The notes under the pieces are model-generated. The model saw only the letters and a program-made list of their open reading frames with translations, was not told where the DNA came from and searched no databases. Positions 25,565-34,342 of a DNA stretch of 43,450 bases are shown piece by piece. Made by a program: the position numbers and the translations under genes. The DNA is from a virus (taxonomy: Duplodnaviria; Caudoviricetes), in the IMG/VR virus record IMGVR_UViG_3300017747_002738, positions 1 to 43,450 of that record. One strand, given 5' to 3'. The stretch's first letter is position 1, and the number at the start of each line of letters is the position of its first letter.

Positions 25565-27439
25565 TTAGTTCAGGTTCACCCAAGCGCCCCCGGCGCGCCC
25601 TTGAAAGTTTGTGGTCGAGGTATTGTAAATCAGCATTCCGTTTGCGGGTGACGCAATAGCATCGCGCTGCGTTGTGGTAACGCGCGGAATGGTCAAAGCC
25701 TCGTGCGTCAAAACCGTGTGCTGCGTGCTGCCGTTGTAAAAGCCGAACCCGCCCACGCCGGAAACCATCGCGAAATTGTTCGGACTGACAATCGACAGAT
25801 TGTTTGTCGTCGCATCGACAATCGTCCTGTCCGTGTTATTGGTCACGAGTTGGAAGCTTCCCCAAGTTCCGGTTGAACTGACGTGCATCTGCGCATTCTG
25901 AGAGCCGACAATCGCGGCTTGGTTTGTTTCAGCCGTGGCCGAGGCGGTCAAATAGAAAAGGTTTGTGGTCGCAAACAGAGAAAGGTTTGTTGCGCTCGCG
26001 TTTGTGTTTGCTCCGATCAGGATTTCAGCAGCGTAGTTTGTGGTTGTGGCGGTCTTCCACGTCTTTGTTTCGCCGTTTATGACGAGCGTATCTCCGTCAG
26101 TCGGATTGTTCGTCACCAGCGCATAAACCCGCCGCGTCTCGGCTTGAAACGTTAGGCTTAGGTTTGTGCTCTGGTTGGCAATTACTCCGGTGCCGAGTCG
26201 CATGCTCCTTGTGACGTTCAGGTCGCTGCCTGAAATCGTGACGTATGTCGGAGAATAAAGAGTCATTGATGCGTCCGAATTCCCATCAATGTAAATGTTC
26301 CCCGTGTTCGAGAGCGTCGAACCCATCGATAAGTAAATCCCGCTGTCAACCTTCGGCGCGTAAGTGCGGAACGATGCGGTATTGATGTTGTTAATCGGGT
26401 AACTGACACCAGTTTGCCGGATGTTCCCCGAGCCTTGGAACCATCCTTTAAGCGAAGCCCACACCCAACCATTAGTGGCGCTGTTGTCCACGTCCACGAC
26501 GACGCCTCCACCCGAGGCGTCCAGCCACATGCCGGAGCTTTGCAGCAAAGGAGAGTAGCCGAATGCCGAGGCGGTCTTTGTCATCTTAACCATTCGGCCG
26601 CTCGTGCCGTCAACGTAAGTGCCGATGAACATCAGTTCGCTCGCGTCAATCTCGATGGCGTAAACGTCCGTGCCGGACGAGCGCCCGTTAATCTCGCCGC
26701 CGAAGAATCGATTAGCTGTGACGTAAGCATCCTCGTCGTTCGCCCAAAGCGAATAGATAGCTCGGGAACCCTCCTCGCTGGATTGCTCGATCCTGGTTCC
26801 GTAAAACTCGTTGAGCGTCGCCGGATAGTTCGTTCCATTCCCAAGCATGATGTTGGTCTTGTAACCAAAGAGAACAAGGTTTTGGTAGTATCCGCCCCAC
26901 CCGCTTTGAATCCAAAGCGCGCGAGATCCGTTGTTCGGAGCATACATGGTTGCGTTCTGGATGCTGAATCCCTTCACGGTTCGCGAGTCGTCACCAACCC
27001 GGAAGGCGGTAACGTTCGTCGCATGCGTGAGCCAAGCAAGGTTGGTTGCAATGGCAGTCGAATAAACCATGCCTGCGCCTGGGCCTGAAAGCGTCACGTT
27101 GTCGTTTGTGATTGTCACGGTCGAATTGATAACCGTTCGAGCCGGAATGAACACGCGCCCGCCGCCGTTGGTCAGCGAATTAACAGCAAGCTGGATGTAG
27201 CTCGCGTCGTCAGTCTCGCCGTCGCACGCGGCGCCGATGGATCGAATGTCGATCTGAATCCCGCGCAGGACGTTCGTCACCGACCAAAAGTTCGTGTTGA
27301 TCTTCTGCGCCATTGAGCGCGGAGTGTCGCCCGTGCCGTCGTTGGCCGCAGTCCCGAAATTGATGTTCGTGATCGCGTATCGCTGCGCCGAGGCGTTCAC
27401 GGCCAGCAACAGAACGAAAATTGAAAAGATTGCTCTCAT
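25565..27439 (-). CDS. Tailspike/fibre with pectate-lyase-like beta-helix and signal peptide
   Basis: MRAIFSIFVLLLAVNASA signal; INFGTAANDGTGDTPRSMAQKINTNF (T4 gp9/gp10-like); IRSIGAACDGETDDASYIQLAV beta-helix start; C-terminal PRVTTTQRDAIASPANGMLIYN. Confidence 0.8.
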   Translation of the reverse strand: MRAIFSIFVLLLAVNASAQRYAITNINFGTAANDGTGDTPRSMAQKINTNFWSVTNVLRGIQIDIRSIGAACDGETDDASYIQLAVNSLTNGGGRVFIPARTVINSTVTITNDNVTLSGPGAGMVYSTAIATNLAWLTHATNVTAFRVGDDSRTVKGFSIQNATMYAPNNGSRALWIQSGWGGYYQNLVLFGYKTNIMLGNGTNYPATLNEFYGTRIEQSSEEGSRAIYSLWANDEDAYVTANRFFGGEINGRSSGTDVYAIEIDASELMFIGTYVDGTSGRMVKMTKTASAFGYSPLLQSSGMWLDASGGGVVVDVDNSATNGWVWASLKGWFQGSGNIRQTGVSYPINNINTASFRTYAPKVDSGIYLSMGSTLSNTGNIYIDGNSDASMTLYSPTYVTISGSDLNVTRSMRLGTGVIANQSTNLSLTFQAETRRVYALVTNNPTDGDTLVINGETKTWKTATTTNYAAEILIGANTNASATNLSLFATTNLFYLTASATAETNQAAIVGSQNAQMHVSSTGTWGSFQLVTNNTDRTIVDATTNNLSIVSPNNFAMVSGVGGFGFYNGSTQHTVLTHEALTIPRVTTTQRDAIASPANGMLIYNTSTTNFQGRAGGAWVNLN

Positions 27440-27440
27440 G

Positions 27441-28649
27441 TTAGTCGCGAAAACTTGTGACAATCCAACGTGAGGCGGTCGCATCATAAACAAGCGTCAC
27501 GGCGCCCACTCCTGACGTTGCGATGTCGGATCCAGTCAAGGTATAGATTCGATTCGCGGGCGTAGGGTCCGTCCCGGAGTCGTTGGCAATCGTCATGTTT
27601 TGCGCAATCGAATTGTAAATCGTGATCTCGCGCCCGTCCTCGCCACCGGCGATTCCGCAAATCGCGAAGGCTGCTGTTGGTCCGGCTGTCAGCTTGGTGT
27701 TCTTCGCGGTCACAACGATCGCCGAGTTGTTGCCGTTCGCGAGTGAGCTATTAACGATGAACGGAAGGATTGACGTGCCAGTGTTCTTAATCGAGTCATC
27801 GATTCGAAGCTGTCCTTCCTGAAGGTTTAAGTAATCGAGCGTTGTCCCGGTTCGGTCCGCGACAAGCACAGTGTGAAATGAAGATGCCGCGTCATCGTAA
27901 ACACCCAACGAGAAGAACCCGCCAGCCGCCGAAATGTAGTAGTTCTTCTCGTCCGCCGCCGCGTCCGTGTCTTTAAAGTTCATCGTCGGCGCGGTGTTTG
28001 TAATGTCGAATGCGCCGTAAACGTAAAGGTTCGTTGTCCATATGTTTGTAAAACCGCCCGTGACGTTTGTCAGAGTCCCGCTGCTCATCGTCGCGGAAAC
28101 GAGCGTCTTGTTGCTCAACGTCTGCGCGGTCGTCAGGTTCGCGTGATGCGCAAGCGCCGTGGCGGCTGCGGGAATGCTGTTTGTGCTGTGCGTCCCGATG
28201 TCGCGCACGAGCTCGCTAATGATGTTCGTCGCCTTGGACTGAACCGGAACCGAGGTTGCCGGAACCATGACGACAACCATGTTCGTGGTCGTGTTCGTGC
28301 TCAGCGTGAGCGTCGCCCAAGTCCCCGAGGCGCTGGCGCTGATTGTCTGGTCAACAATTCCGCGAAGCGTAACGATGTTCGAGCTTGAACGGTTCAGGCT
28401 TAAGGTTGTGAATCCGTAGCTTGCGAACTGGTTGAACATGTTCGTTGTGCAAGCGCCGATATTCGCTCCGATTAGTATCTCGTTTGCAGCCGTGGCCACG
28501 CTCGCAACGTTTGTTCGGACAACTGAATTGACGGTAATAGTGTCGCCTGCGCTAGGCGTGTTTGTGACGGTGATGGTCAAAGTGACGATCGAACCCGCGT
28601 GCGCGCAGGCAACACAAAGCAAAATTGGAATGAGCGTTAAAAACTTCAT
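27441..28649 (-). CDS. Tail-fibre-like protein with signal peptide
   Basis: MKFLTLIPILLCVACAHA signal; AQTLSNKTL fibre motif; C-terminal GIAGGEDGREITIYN...VTLVYDATASRW; TAATG coupling. Confidence 0.8.
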   Translation of the reverse strand: MKFLTLIPILLCVACAHAGSIVTLTITVTNTPSAGDTITVNSVVRTNVASVATAANEILIGANIGACTTNMFNQFASYGFTTLSLNRSSSNIVTLRGIVDQTISASASGTWATLTLSTNTTTNMVVVMVPATSVPVQSKATNIISELVRDIGTHSTNSIPAAATALAHHANLTTAQTLSNKTLVSATMSSGTLTNVTGGFTNIWTTNLYVYGAFDITNTAPTMNFKDTDAAADEKNYYISAAGGFFSLGVYDDAASSFHTVLVADRTGTTLDYLNLQEGQLRIDDSIKNTGTSILPFIVNSSLANGNNSAIVVTAKNTKLTAGPTAAFAICGIAGGEDGREITIYNSIAQNMTIANDSGTDPTPANRIYTLTGSDIATSGVGAVTLVYDATASRWIVTSFRD

Positions 28650-29269
28650 TAGAGCAAATCGCATTCGAGCGTTCCGTTGTTCGATAGGTAAACGTATCCG
28701 CGCTTCGTTCCATCCGGAGAAGTCAGGATGTATCCAACCCCGGCCCCGTTGTCCCGCAGCAAGGCGCGTGCATTCATCTCCGGCGTTGTCACGTATGTCG
28801 TGTCCGGTATTGCGGTCGGGCTGCCTGAATAGTTCCGCTGGTTCTGAATCGTGCCCGTGGTCCGGACGTTTCTGCTCCCGTAAGCTCCCGTGAAACGAAA
28901 TTCAATGATGACTGATGCTGTGGTCGCCGTTGATACGTAGCTCGCCATCGCCACGGTGTTGCAATCCACATTGCCGGTCAGCGTGCCCGCCGACGTGTCC
29001 GCCGTGAATGAGCTGCCCGTGGCCAGAACCGTTGCGCCGTCGCTCGAATAAATCGAAGCGACCAGGCTCATGCCGGACACGTCGCAAGCGGCCAGAGGCG
29101 TGGAAAGCGTGGCGGCGGTGTTCACCACCACGGGAAAGACCTGCAAATAGAGATTGTTCCGTGAAAAGAACTGTCCGAACGGCTGATTTGTCGTTTGCCG
29201 CGATTGCTTTCCCTCAAGGAAGTAACCGGAGGACAAATTCGCGAAAACTGGAATGATCTCGACCGCCAC
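28649..29269 (-). CDS. Tail/baseplate adaptor protein
   Basis: 206 aa beta-rich; C-terminal ILTSPDGTK...LSNNGTL motif seen in fibre proteins; no signal peptide. Confidence 0.65.
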   Translation of the reverse strand: MAVEIIPVFANLSSGYFLEGKQSRQTTNQPFGQFFSRNNLYLQVFPVVVNTAATLSTPLAACDVSGMSLVASIYSSDGATVLATGSSFTADTSAGTLTGNVDCNTVAMASYVSTATTASVIIEFRFTGAYGSRNVRTTGTIQNQRNYSGSPTAIPDTTYVTTPEMNARALLRDNGAGVGYILTSPDGTKRGYVYLSNNGTLECDLL

Positions 29270-29289
29270 ACCTTAAGGGCGGGAGTCAA
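29270..29289 (-). promoter_or_regulatory. Candidate late promoter motif, copy 1
   Basis: TTGACT-CCCGCCCT-TAAGGT directly followed by the GTG start. Confidence 0.7.
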
Positions 29290-29293
29290 TCCC

Positions 29294-30049
29294 TTAGGGG
29301 CGGTAGGCAACCCCGGAGACGGTGAGTGATGTCGGCGGGAAGATCGTCGCGCCGTAGGCCATCAGCGGAGCCGCAATGGAGACGTTCAGCATTATCATGT
29401 GAGTGATCGTTTGGTCGGCTGCAACCAGCAACCCGCCAGCGACATCGTCTGCCGTGGTGTCAACCTGCGGATATCGAAGCGGCACGACCGGCTCTTCAAA
29501 GCGCGCTGTTGCATCCGGGCTTGCGATGAAAATGCCGCCGAGTCGGGCGTCCTCAACAAGCGGCTGCGTCTCTTCTGGAACGTCTCCGTTTCCGTAAACC
29601 GATTGGCCCGTGCCGACAAGTATCGTCCAGCCGCCCGGAATTGGCGTGCTGAACTTGAGAATCGAATATGCCATTTGCGGAACAGCGTCCAAATCAAGCT
29701 CTGGCCCGAGCGTTGCCCAAATTCCTTCCTGTTCCACTGCGGTTGGCGCATACAGTCCCCCAGCGCCGGTGGCTGAAATGTCGGGAGGATACCATGCGGC
29801 GATGGTCGTGCCGTTCCTGAACCCTGTCGGTGCGACCCATTGGGCGATGAATGGAATCCGCCCCAGGCTCGCGCGACGCGACCTTTTCCCACCTTTTGGC
29901 CGATGCATTACCCCGCCAGGAGTGTGAATTGAAAAAGAGCCGCTATCAAAAAGCATGCGGCGTTCGCCATACAACCCGCCTTGGACCTTCTTTGCCCAAT
30001 CAGCAAACGGGCTGCCCCCGGACGGCTGCGGTGGCTTATATTCGTTCAT
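29294..30049 (-). CDS. Tail tip-region protein
   Basis: 251 aa ORF after the tape measure; N-terminal 50 aa duplicated in the upstream mini-gene. Confidence 0.65.
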   Translation of the reverse strand: MNEYKPPQPSGGSPFADWAKKVQGGLYGERRMLFDSGSFSIHTPGGVMHRPKGGKRSRRASLGRIPFIAQWVAPTGFRNGTTIAAWYPPDISATGAGGLYAPTAVEQEGIWATLGPELDLDAVPQMAYSILKFSTPIPGGWTILVGTGQSVYGNGDVPEETQPLVEDARLGGIFIASPDATARFEEPVVPLRYPQVDTTADDVAGGLLVAADQTITHMIMLNVSIAAPLMAYGATIFPPTSLTVSGVAYRP

Positions 30050-30053
30050 CGAT

Positions 30054-30206
30054 TTATCGGCTGTGGATTGTCCCGCGAGGGGTCACGATTATTTTCGCGC
30101 CGGTCACGAAAAGTATGCGTCGGCTTTTGGACGCGGAAACTTGCTTCTTTGCCCAATCAGCGAAAGGCGAGGAACCGGACGGAATCATTGGCTTCGGTTC
30201 GTTCAT
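30054..30206 (-). CDS. 50 aa paralog of the N-terminus of the next gene
   Basis: MNEPKPMIPSGSSPFADWAKK versus MNEYKPPQPSGGSPFADWAKK; ATGA coupling. Confidence 0.65.
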   Translation of the reverse strand: MNEPKPMIPSGSSPFADWAKKQVSASKSRRILFVTGAKIIVTPRGTIHSR

Positions 30207-30946
30207 GAGTAAAGCAGGTCGGACCAGGCGTAACACCAGTATTCAAAGTTCAGCGCAATCTTGTTATCTGCCACCGTGTTGAGCGTAGGAGCCTGTTTAA
30301 GCCATCCGAGCGTGTAATCCGCAGGAATAGTCCCGAAGCTTGCTTGCGCTGCTGCTGCGGCAAGCTGAATGGCCGTGGTGTATGCGCGTGGAGTTGAAAT
30401 CTCCGCGAGCATTTCGGCAGTCGTGTAAATCTTGTTCACGTCCGTGAATGCAACTGGAATCTCGTTTGCTCGCCGTCCAATGATTTGCGTCACCCGGAAA
30501 ACGAATTGTGAATCGATATACGTGTCCTGGCCGGTAATGGCCATGTCGTAAATCTTGAGCGTGTTTCCCGTGAACGATGGCGCAGCGTCTCCCGGGCTCC
30601 TGTCCAGCGCATCCCGAATTTGCAAGATAACAGCCTGTCCAAGAGCGCGAGCCACCGGATGCTCAAAAATGCTCTTGCTGCTCGTGTTTGCCAGAAGCTC
30701 GTATTGAACATCAAGTATTGCGTTCGGATCTTCGTTCTCGCTGTATCCGGTTTGCGTGATTGAAAGCTTTGCGATGGGCGGTGACGTGTAGTCAACCTCG
30801 TAACGCACGCCGACAAGCTGACGCTCCAATTCCTCGATGGCTTCCTTTGTGCCCTCGTAATACTGCGTGAATGACGGTCCGCGAGACGGGTCGTAATCCC
30901 GCGAGAAGCCCGCCCGGACCAAAGCTGATACTCCGTTGACAATCAT
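30203..30946 (-). CDS. Tail tip/hub protein
   Basis: 247 aa directly after the tape measure; position-based call. Confidence 0.6.
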   Translation of the reverse strand: MIVNGVSALVRAGFSRDYDPSRGPSFTQYYEGTKEAIEELERQLVGVRYEVDYTSPPIAKLSITQTGYSENEDPNAILDVQYELLANTSSKSIFEHPVARALGQAVILQIRDALDRSPGDAAPSFTGNTLKIYDMAITGQDTYIDSQFVFRVTQIIGRRANEIPVAFTDVNKIYTTAEMLAEISTPRAYTTAIQLAAAAAQASFGTIPADYTLGWLKQAPTLNTVADNKIALNFEYWCYAWSDLLYS

Positions 30947-32059
30947 TTAGAAAATTGTTTCCTTAGGTTTTGCTGCCGAGAATCCGCCGCCTTTTTTGAT
31001 GGCGTCCAAAGCGTCCGCAGCCTTGCGCGTGTTCTTCTCGATGTTGTTCAGCGGGCGATCTGCCGACATGACAAGCCCGCCCAGCTTCTGCCAGTTGTTC
31101 ACCTCGGGTTTGTCGGCATTGCGAAGCTTCTTTTCCTTTTCGGGTGTGGCGTCGAACATTCTCGCGTTGACACCCTTAAATCTTGTGTCCTCCTCCCATG
31201 GTCTTTTGCTGTTACTTACACCGCCCAGTCCTTTAATTGCATCTGAGAGCGTTCCCATCATTGCCTCTTGAAGCTCTTCAAATGGAGCCGTTTTGAAAAG
31301 AGACCCCTTAACGGTTTCCTTGCCGCTAAAAAGCCCTTTCAGTAAAAGCTTTGCAGACTCAAAGCCGCCAACTAAAACGTTTGCAAACGTCGTTTTTGAT
31401 TGGGATTTAAGATCGTTCAGTTTGTCTCCAACCTTATCGAGCCGATCAATGACACTCTTGTCGATTGCAAGCCCAAGCCTGTCGAAGTTGTCGATCATCC
31501 CGCCGATGCCTTCCTTCATCGCTGGAATAAGCGAGTCGGCGCTCTTTCCCATCAACGCAAGCATGCTGGCCATGTATTTCGTTGAATCACCAGCGCCTTT
31601 GATGACATCTGAAATCTGCCTGAACAGTTGAAGGTTTGGCGCGCTGCTTTTCAGCATGTCCAAATCGATTCCGTATTCTGCGAAATTGGAGCGTGCTTTT
31701 GAATCTCCTCCGAGCGCCGCGCTTCTCGCAACCGCGATCTTTTTCAGCGCCGATGCCATGTCCTCGATAGATGCGCCGGTCTGTTCTGCCGCGTAACCAA
31801 GTGCCTGAACCTCCTCCGTAGTGATGCTCATGCGCGCGGCCTGGTCGTGAACCTTGCCGCCGTAATCCACAATCTTCTTAATCTCTGCCCCCATCTTTGC
31901 CGCAGCCGCAATGAGTGCCGCCGGTCCAAACGCGGCAGCGAAAGCCATCTTAATTCCGGCGGCGGTGGATTTCGCCTGGCTATCCACCTGCTTCATGCCG
32001 AGCTTGAACCCGCTCGCATTCAGCCCGAGGAACGCCTGTAGATTGAGAAAGTTTGCCAT
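30947..32059 (-). CDS. Tape measure protein (short)
   Basis: LGLNASGFKLGM N-terminus, EEVQALGYAAEQTG, LMGKSADSLIP; Ala/Gly/Lys-rich helical sequence. Confidence 0.8.
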   Translation of the reverse strand: MANFLNLQAFLGLNASGFKLGMKQVDSQAKSTAAGIKMAFAAAFGPAALIAAAAKMGAEIKKIVDYGGKVHDQAARMSITTEEVQALGYAAEQTGASIEDMASALKKIAVARSAALGGDSKARSNFAEYGIDLDMLKSSAPNLQLFRQISDVIKGAGDSTKYMASMLALMGKSADSLIPAMKEGIGGMIDNFDRLGLAIDKSVIDRLDKVGDKLNDLKSQSKTTFANVLVGGFESAKLLLKGLFSGKETVKGSLFKTAPFEELQEAMMGTLSDAIKGLGGVSNSKRPWEEDTRFKGVNARMFDATPEKEKKLRNADKPEVNNWQKLGGLVMSADRPLNNIEKNTRKAADALDAIKKGGGFSAAKPKETIF

Positions 32060-32062
32060 GCG

Positions 32063-32692
32063 TCAGTTTCCCTGCGAAGCCATTACCTTTTTGGCCCAAG
32101 CTTCAATCCGGGCGTTCACTTCTGGATCGTTGGCAACCTCGTGCAGCGCCTTCTCTTCCTCGGACACAAATCGAATGAGCCCCTTGCCTTCCATGGCCGT
32201 CAGGTAATCAATAATGGCCGCAGAATAAACCGTGTTCAGCGCCTCAGCTGGACTGCGTCCAAGCTCCTGCTCAAGCTTCACCTTCAGGAATTGCGAGAAC
32301 GGAATTGCGCTGTCGAATTGCGCTTCGTTGCCGTTGCTTATTACCTTGAATTCCGGCTCGCGGGAGTGCTCCTCGATATACGTCTGGAAAAACTCGATGG
32401 CTTCCAGCAAATCGAACCGGCCGCAAAGCTTTCCCCACGCCCAAAGCTTTAGCTTTAGAAACCGGCTGTTGAGTTGCCGCAAAGCCTCCTCGAACGGGAA
32501 CGAGCAAAGGAAAACGGAAAGGATCAAGTCTCCGTAGATGTTTGAATCGTCGGCTTGCTTTTGGGAACCGACCGCAAAGGAAGATTCGAAACGCTCTAGC
32601 AGGATTTGATGCCCGAGCGTGAACGGCTGAAGATTACGGCCAAGAACCCGGTATGGTTCTGGAATAGCCGCTAGCGAAAATGCGGCTTTCAT
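32063..32692 (-). CDS. Tail assembly chaperone (putative)
   Basis: 209 aa between the tail tube and tape measure genes; position-based call. Confidence 0.55.
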   Translation of the reverse strand: MKAAFSLAAIPEPYRVLGRNLQPFTLGHQILLERFESSFAVGSQKQADDSNIYGDLILSVFLCSFPFEEALRQLNSRFLKLKLWAWGKLCGRFDLLEAIEFFQTYIEEHSREPEFKVISNGNEAQFDSAIPFSQFLKVKLEQELGRSPAEALNTVYSAAIIDYLTAMEGKGLIRFVSEEEKALHEVANDPEVNARIEAWAKKVMASQGN

Positions 32693-32700
32693 AAAATGGT

Positions 32701-33123
32701 TTACGAAGTGATCGCGACTTGGACGGCTTTGTCAACGTGCTTGCGCATTTCAATGGAGATCGAGAAATTGCCAGTGTTACTGCCGGATTTGCTGGCGCGA
32801 ACGCACTCAAAGACGGTCACAATCTCGCCATCGAAGTCGGGTGTTGCGGAGTCCCCGATTGTAATCAAAGTTCCGGGGTCTGGAATTACATTTGCAACCT
32901 TTGCGTCTGCGATGGTTGCGCCAGTCGGGATGACTTCAATAGTGAAGTTCCGCTTGCGATTGTGCCAAACGCTCAGAATCTCGTCGCCTTGGTAATCGCG
33001 AGCCGTGGCGTTGTCAGCCTCGGACGAAAGCTGGTAGGACTGCGGCTCGAACGTAGTGAGACCAGTCACGCTTAGTGTGTTGGGCATTCCCCACACAACG
33101 GCCTTAGTTCCGCGCATCAACAT
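32701..33123 (-). CDS. Major tail tube protein (putative)
   Basis: 140 aa beta-rich protein; position in the tail module; has its own late motif. Confidence 0.6.
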   Translation of the reverse strand: MLMRGTKAVVWGMPNTLSVTGLTTFEPQSYQLSSEADNATARDYQGDEILSVWHNRKRNFTIEVIPTGATIADAKVANVIPDPGTLITIGDSATPDFDGEIVTVFECVRASKSGSNTGNFSISIEMRKHVDKAVQVAITS

Positions 33124-33125
33124 AC

Positions 33126-33145
33126 ACCTAAGCGTGGAGAGTCAA
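33126..33145 (-). promoter_or_regulatory. Candidate late promoter motif, copy 2
   Basis: TTGACT-CTCCACGC-TTAGGT-GT-ATG. Confidence 0.65.
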
Positions 33146-33148
33146 CGT

Positions 33149-33616
33149 TTACATATCGGCTTGCCCGTAAACCATTGCAATGCGGATCGTGTTCTCCCAA
33201 TTTGCGCCGTTGCGGATCGCGTGCCCGTTGTCCACAACGCGGGCTTCCAAAGCTGAGAAGTCGGAAGTGTGCAGACCGATGGCTTCATTCAAAGCCTCGA
33301 TTCCGAACGCATCAAAAACTTCCTCGCACATAGCCGCGAAGTCCGCATCCGTGGTGTGCGCAACGATGGCTTCGACCGAGACGGCAAGAATGCCTTGGAA
33401 AAGAAGCGTGTTGACCACGGCCTCCGAATGCGCGCCCTCGGCAACGACCGTAACGCATGGCATTTCCCGCGTGTTTGCCTGCTCGTTTCCTTCGTTGGAT
33501 TCTAGATCGATTGTGTTCTGAATGCCCTTGTAAACGTTGGTCACGAGCGCGAAAGGCGTCGCGAGATTTGCGATGTAATTGTAGGCTGCCGTCTCGAGTG
33601 CTTGCTTTGGATTCAT
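33149..33616 (-). CDS. Tail terminator/completion protein (putative)
   Basis: 155 aa acidic protein, MPCVTVVAE; lies before the tube gene. Confidence 0.55.
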   Translation of the reverse strand: MNPKQALETAAYNYIANLATPFALVTNVYKGIQNTIDLESNEGNEQANTREMPCVTVVAEGAHSEAVVNTLLFQGILAVSVEAIVAHTTDADFAAMCEEVFDAFGIEALNEAIGLHTSDFSALEARVVDNGHAIRNGANWENTIRIAMVYGQADM

Positions 33617-34341
33617 TTGGATTTTGCGTAGGCTTTTTCAGCGGTTCCGGCCATTTTCTTGGCCAAGTGCGACATCTTATTCCGCGCCTCGGTTTCAAAC
33701 CCGATGGCCAGCGCGGCCTTCGTGCGTTCGTCGATGTATCCGCGATGCGCCTGATCGAACGAGTTGACGTTGTATGAAACCTGCGCCTGCGGGCTCCAGC
33801 CGGGTTTGGCCGGGATGGCTGTGCTTCGGCCCATTACGCGCGAGGATGCGCCGTCTAGGAACGTCCCCGGCCCGCCAAAAGTTCGGCCAAGGATGCGAAG
33901 TGCGTTGAGCCAGCCTGCCTTGAGCGTGCCGACTCCGCGCGCGCGTTTGGATATTAGCTTGCTTGTGGCACTTTTCATGGCCGAGCCGTATAGCCCTTTT
34001 TTACCTGACCTGCCAAGCCTAGCATTGATAATGAGATTCGCGAGCGTTGCTCCGCTTTGCATCACCCGGCTGAACCTTATCTTGCCTTTTTTGTTCAACC
34101 GCGCCGCGCCAGCAACAGAGCCTGTCTTTTTGTTTGTCCGTTTGTATGTTTGTGCCTGATACGATTTAACGCCTAGCTCGCGCTCAAACTTCGCACGATC
34201 TGCTTTCGGAGTTTGCTGTCCTGCCACCTTGACGACATTGAACATTGAGGAATTAACGGCCAAGCTCAACTCGCGCTCGGTTTGCGCAAGGTAATCCTGC
34301 ATTACCGCCTGCCACCTAGGATTTAATCGGAACTCGTCCAT
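33613..34341 (-). CDS. Neck/tail completion protein (basic, gpZ/HK97-gp10-like)
   Basis: 242 aa K/R-rich, GTLKAGW motif; position. Confidence 0.55.
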   Translation of the reverse strand: MDEFRLNPRWQAVMQDYLAQTERELSLAVNSSMFNVVKVAGQQTPKADRAKFERELGVKSYQAQTYKRTNKKTGSVAGAARLNKKGKIRFSRVMQSGATLANLIINARLGRSGKKGLYGSAMKSATSKLISKRARGVGTLKAGWLNALRILGRTFGGPGTFLDGASSRVMGRSTAIPAKPGWSPQAQVSYNVNSFDQAHRGYIDERTKAALAIGFETEARNKMSHLAKKMAGTAEKAYAKSK

Positions 34342-34342
34342 T

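Noticed and set aside
29890-30206. Diversity-generating retroelement template/variable repeat pair
   Set aside because: No reverse transcriptase in the window and the differences are not adenine-specific
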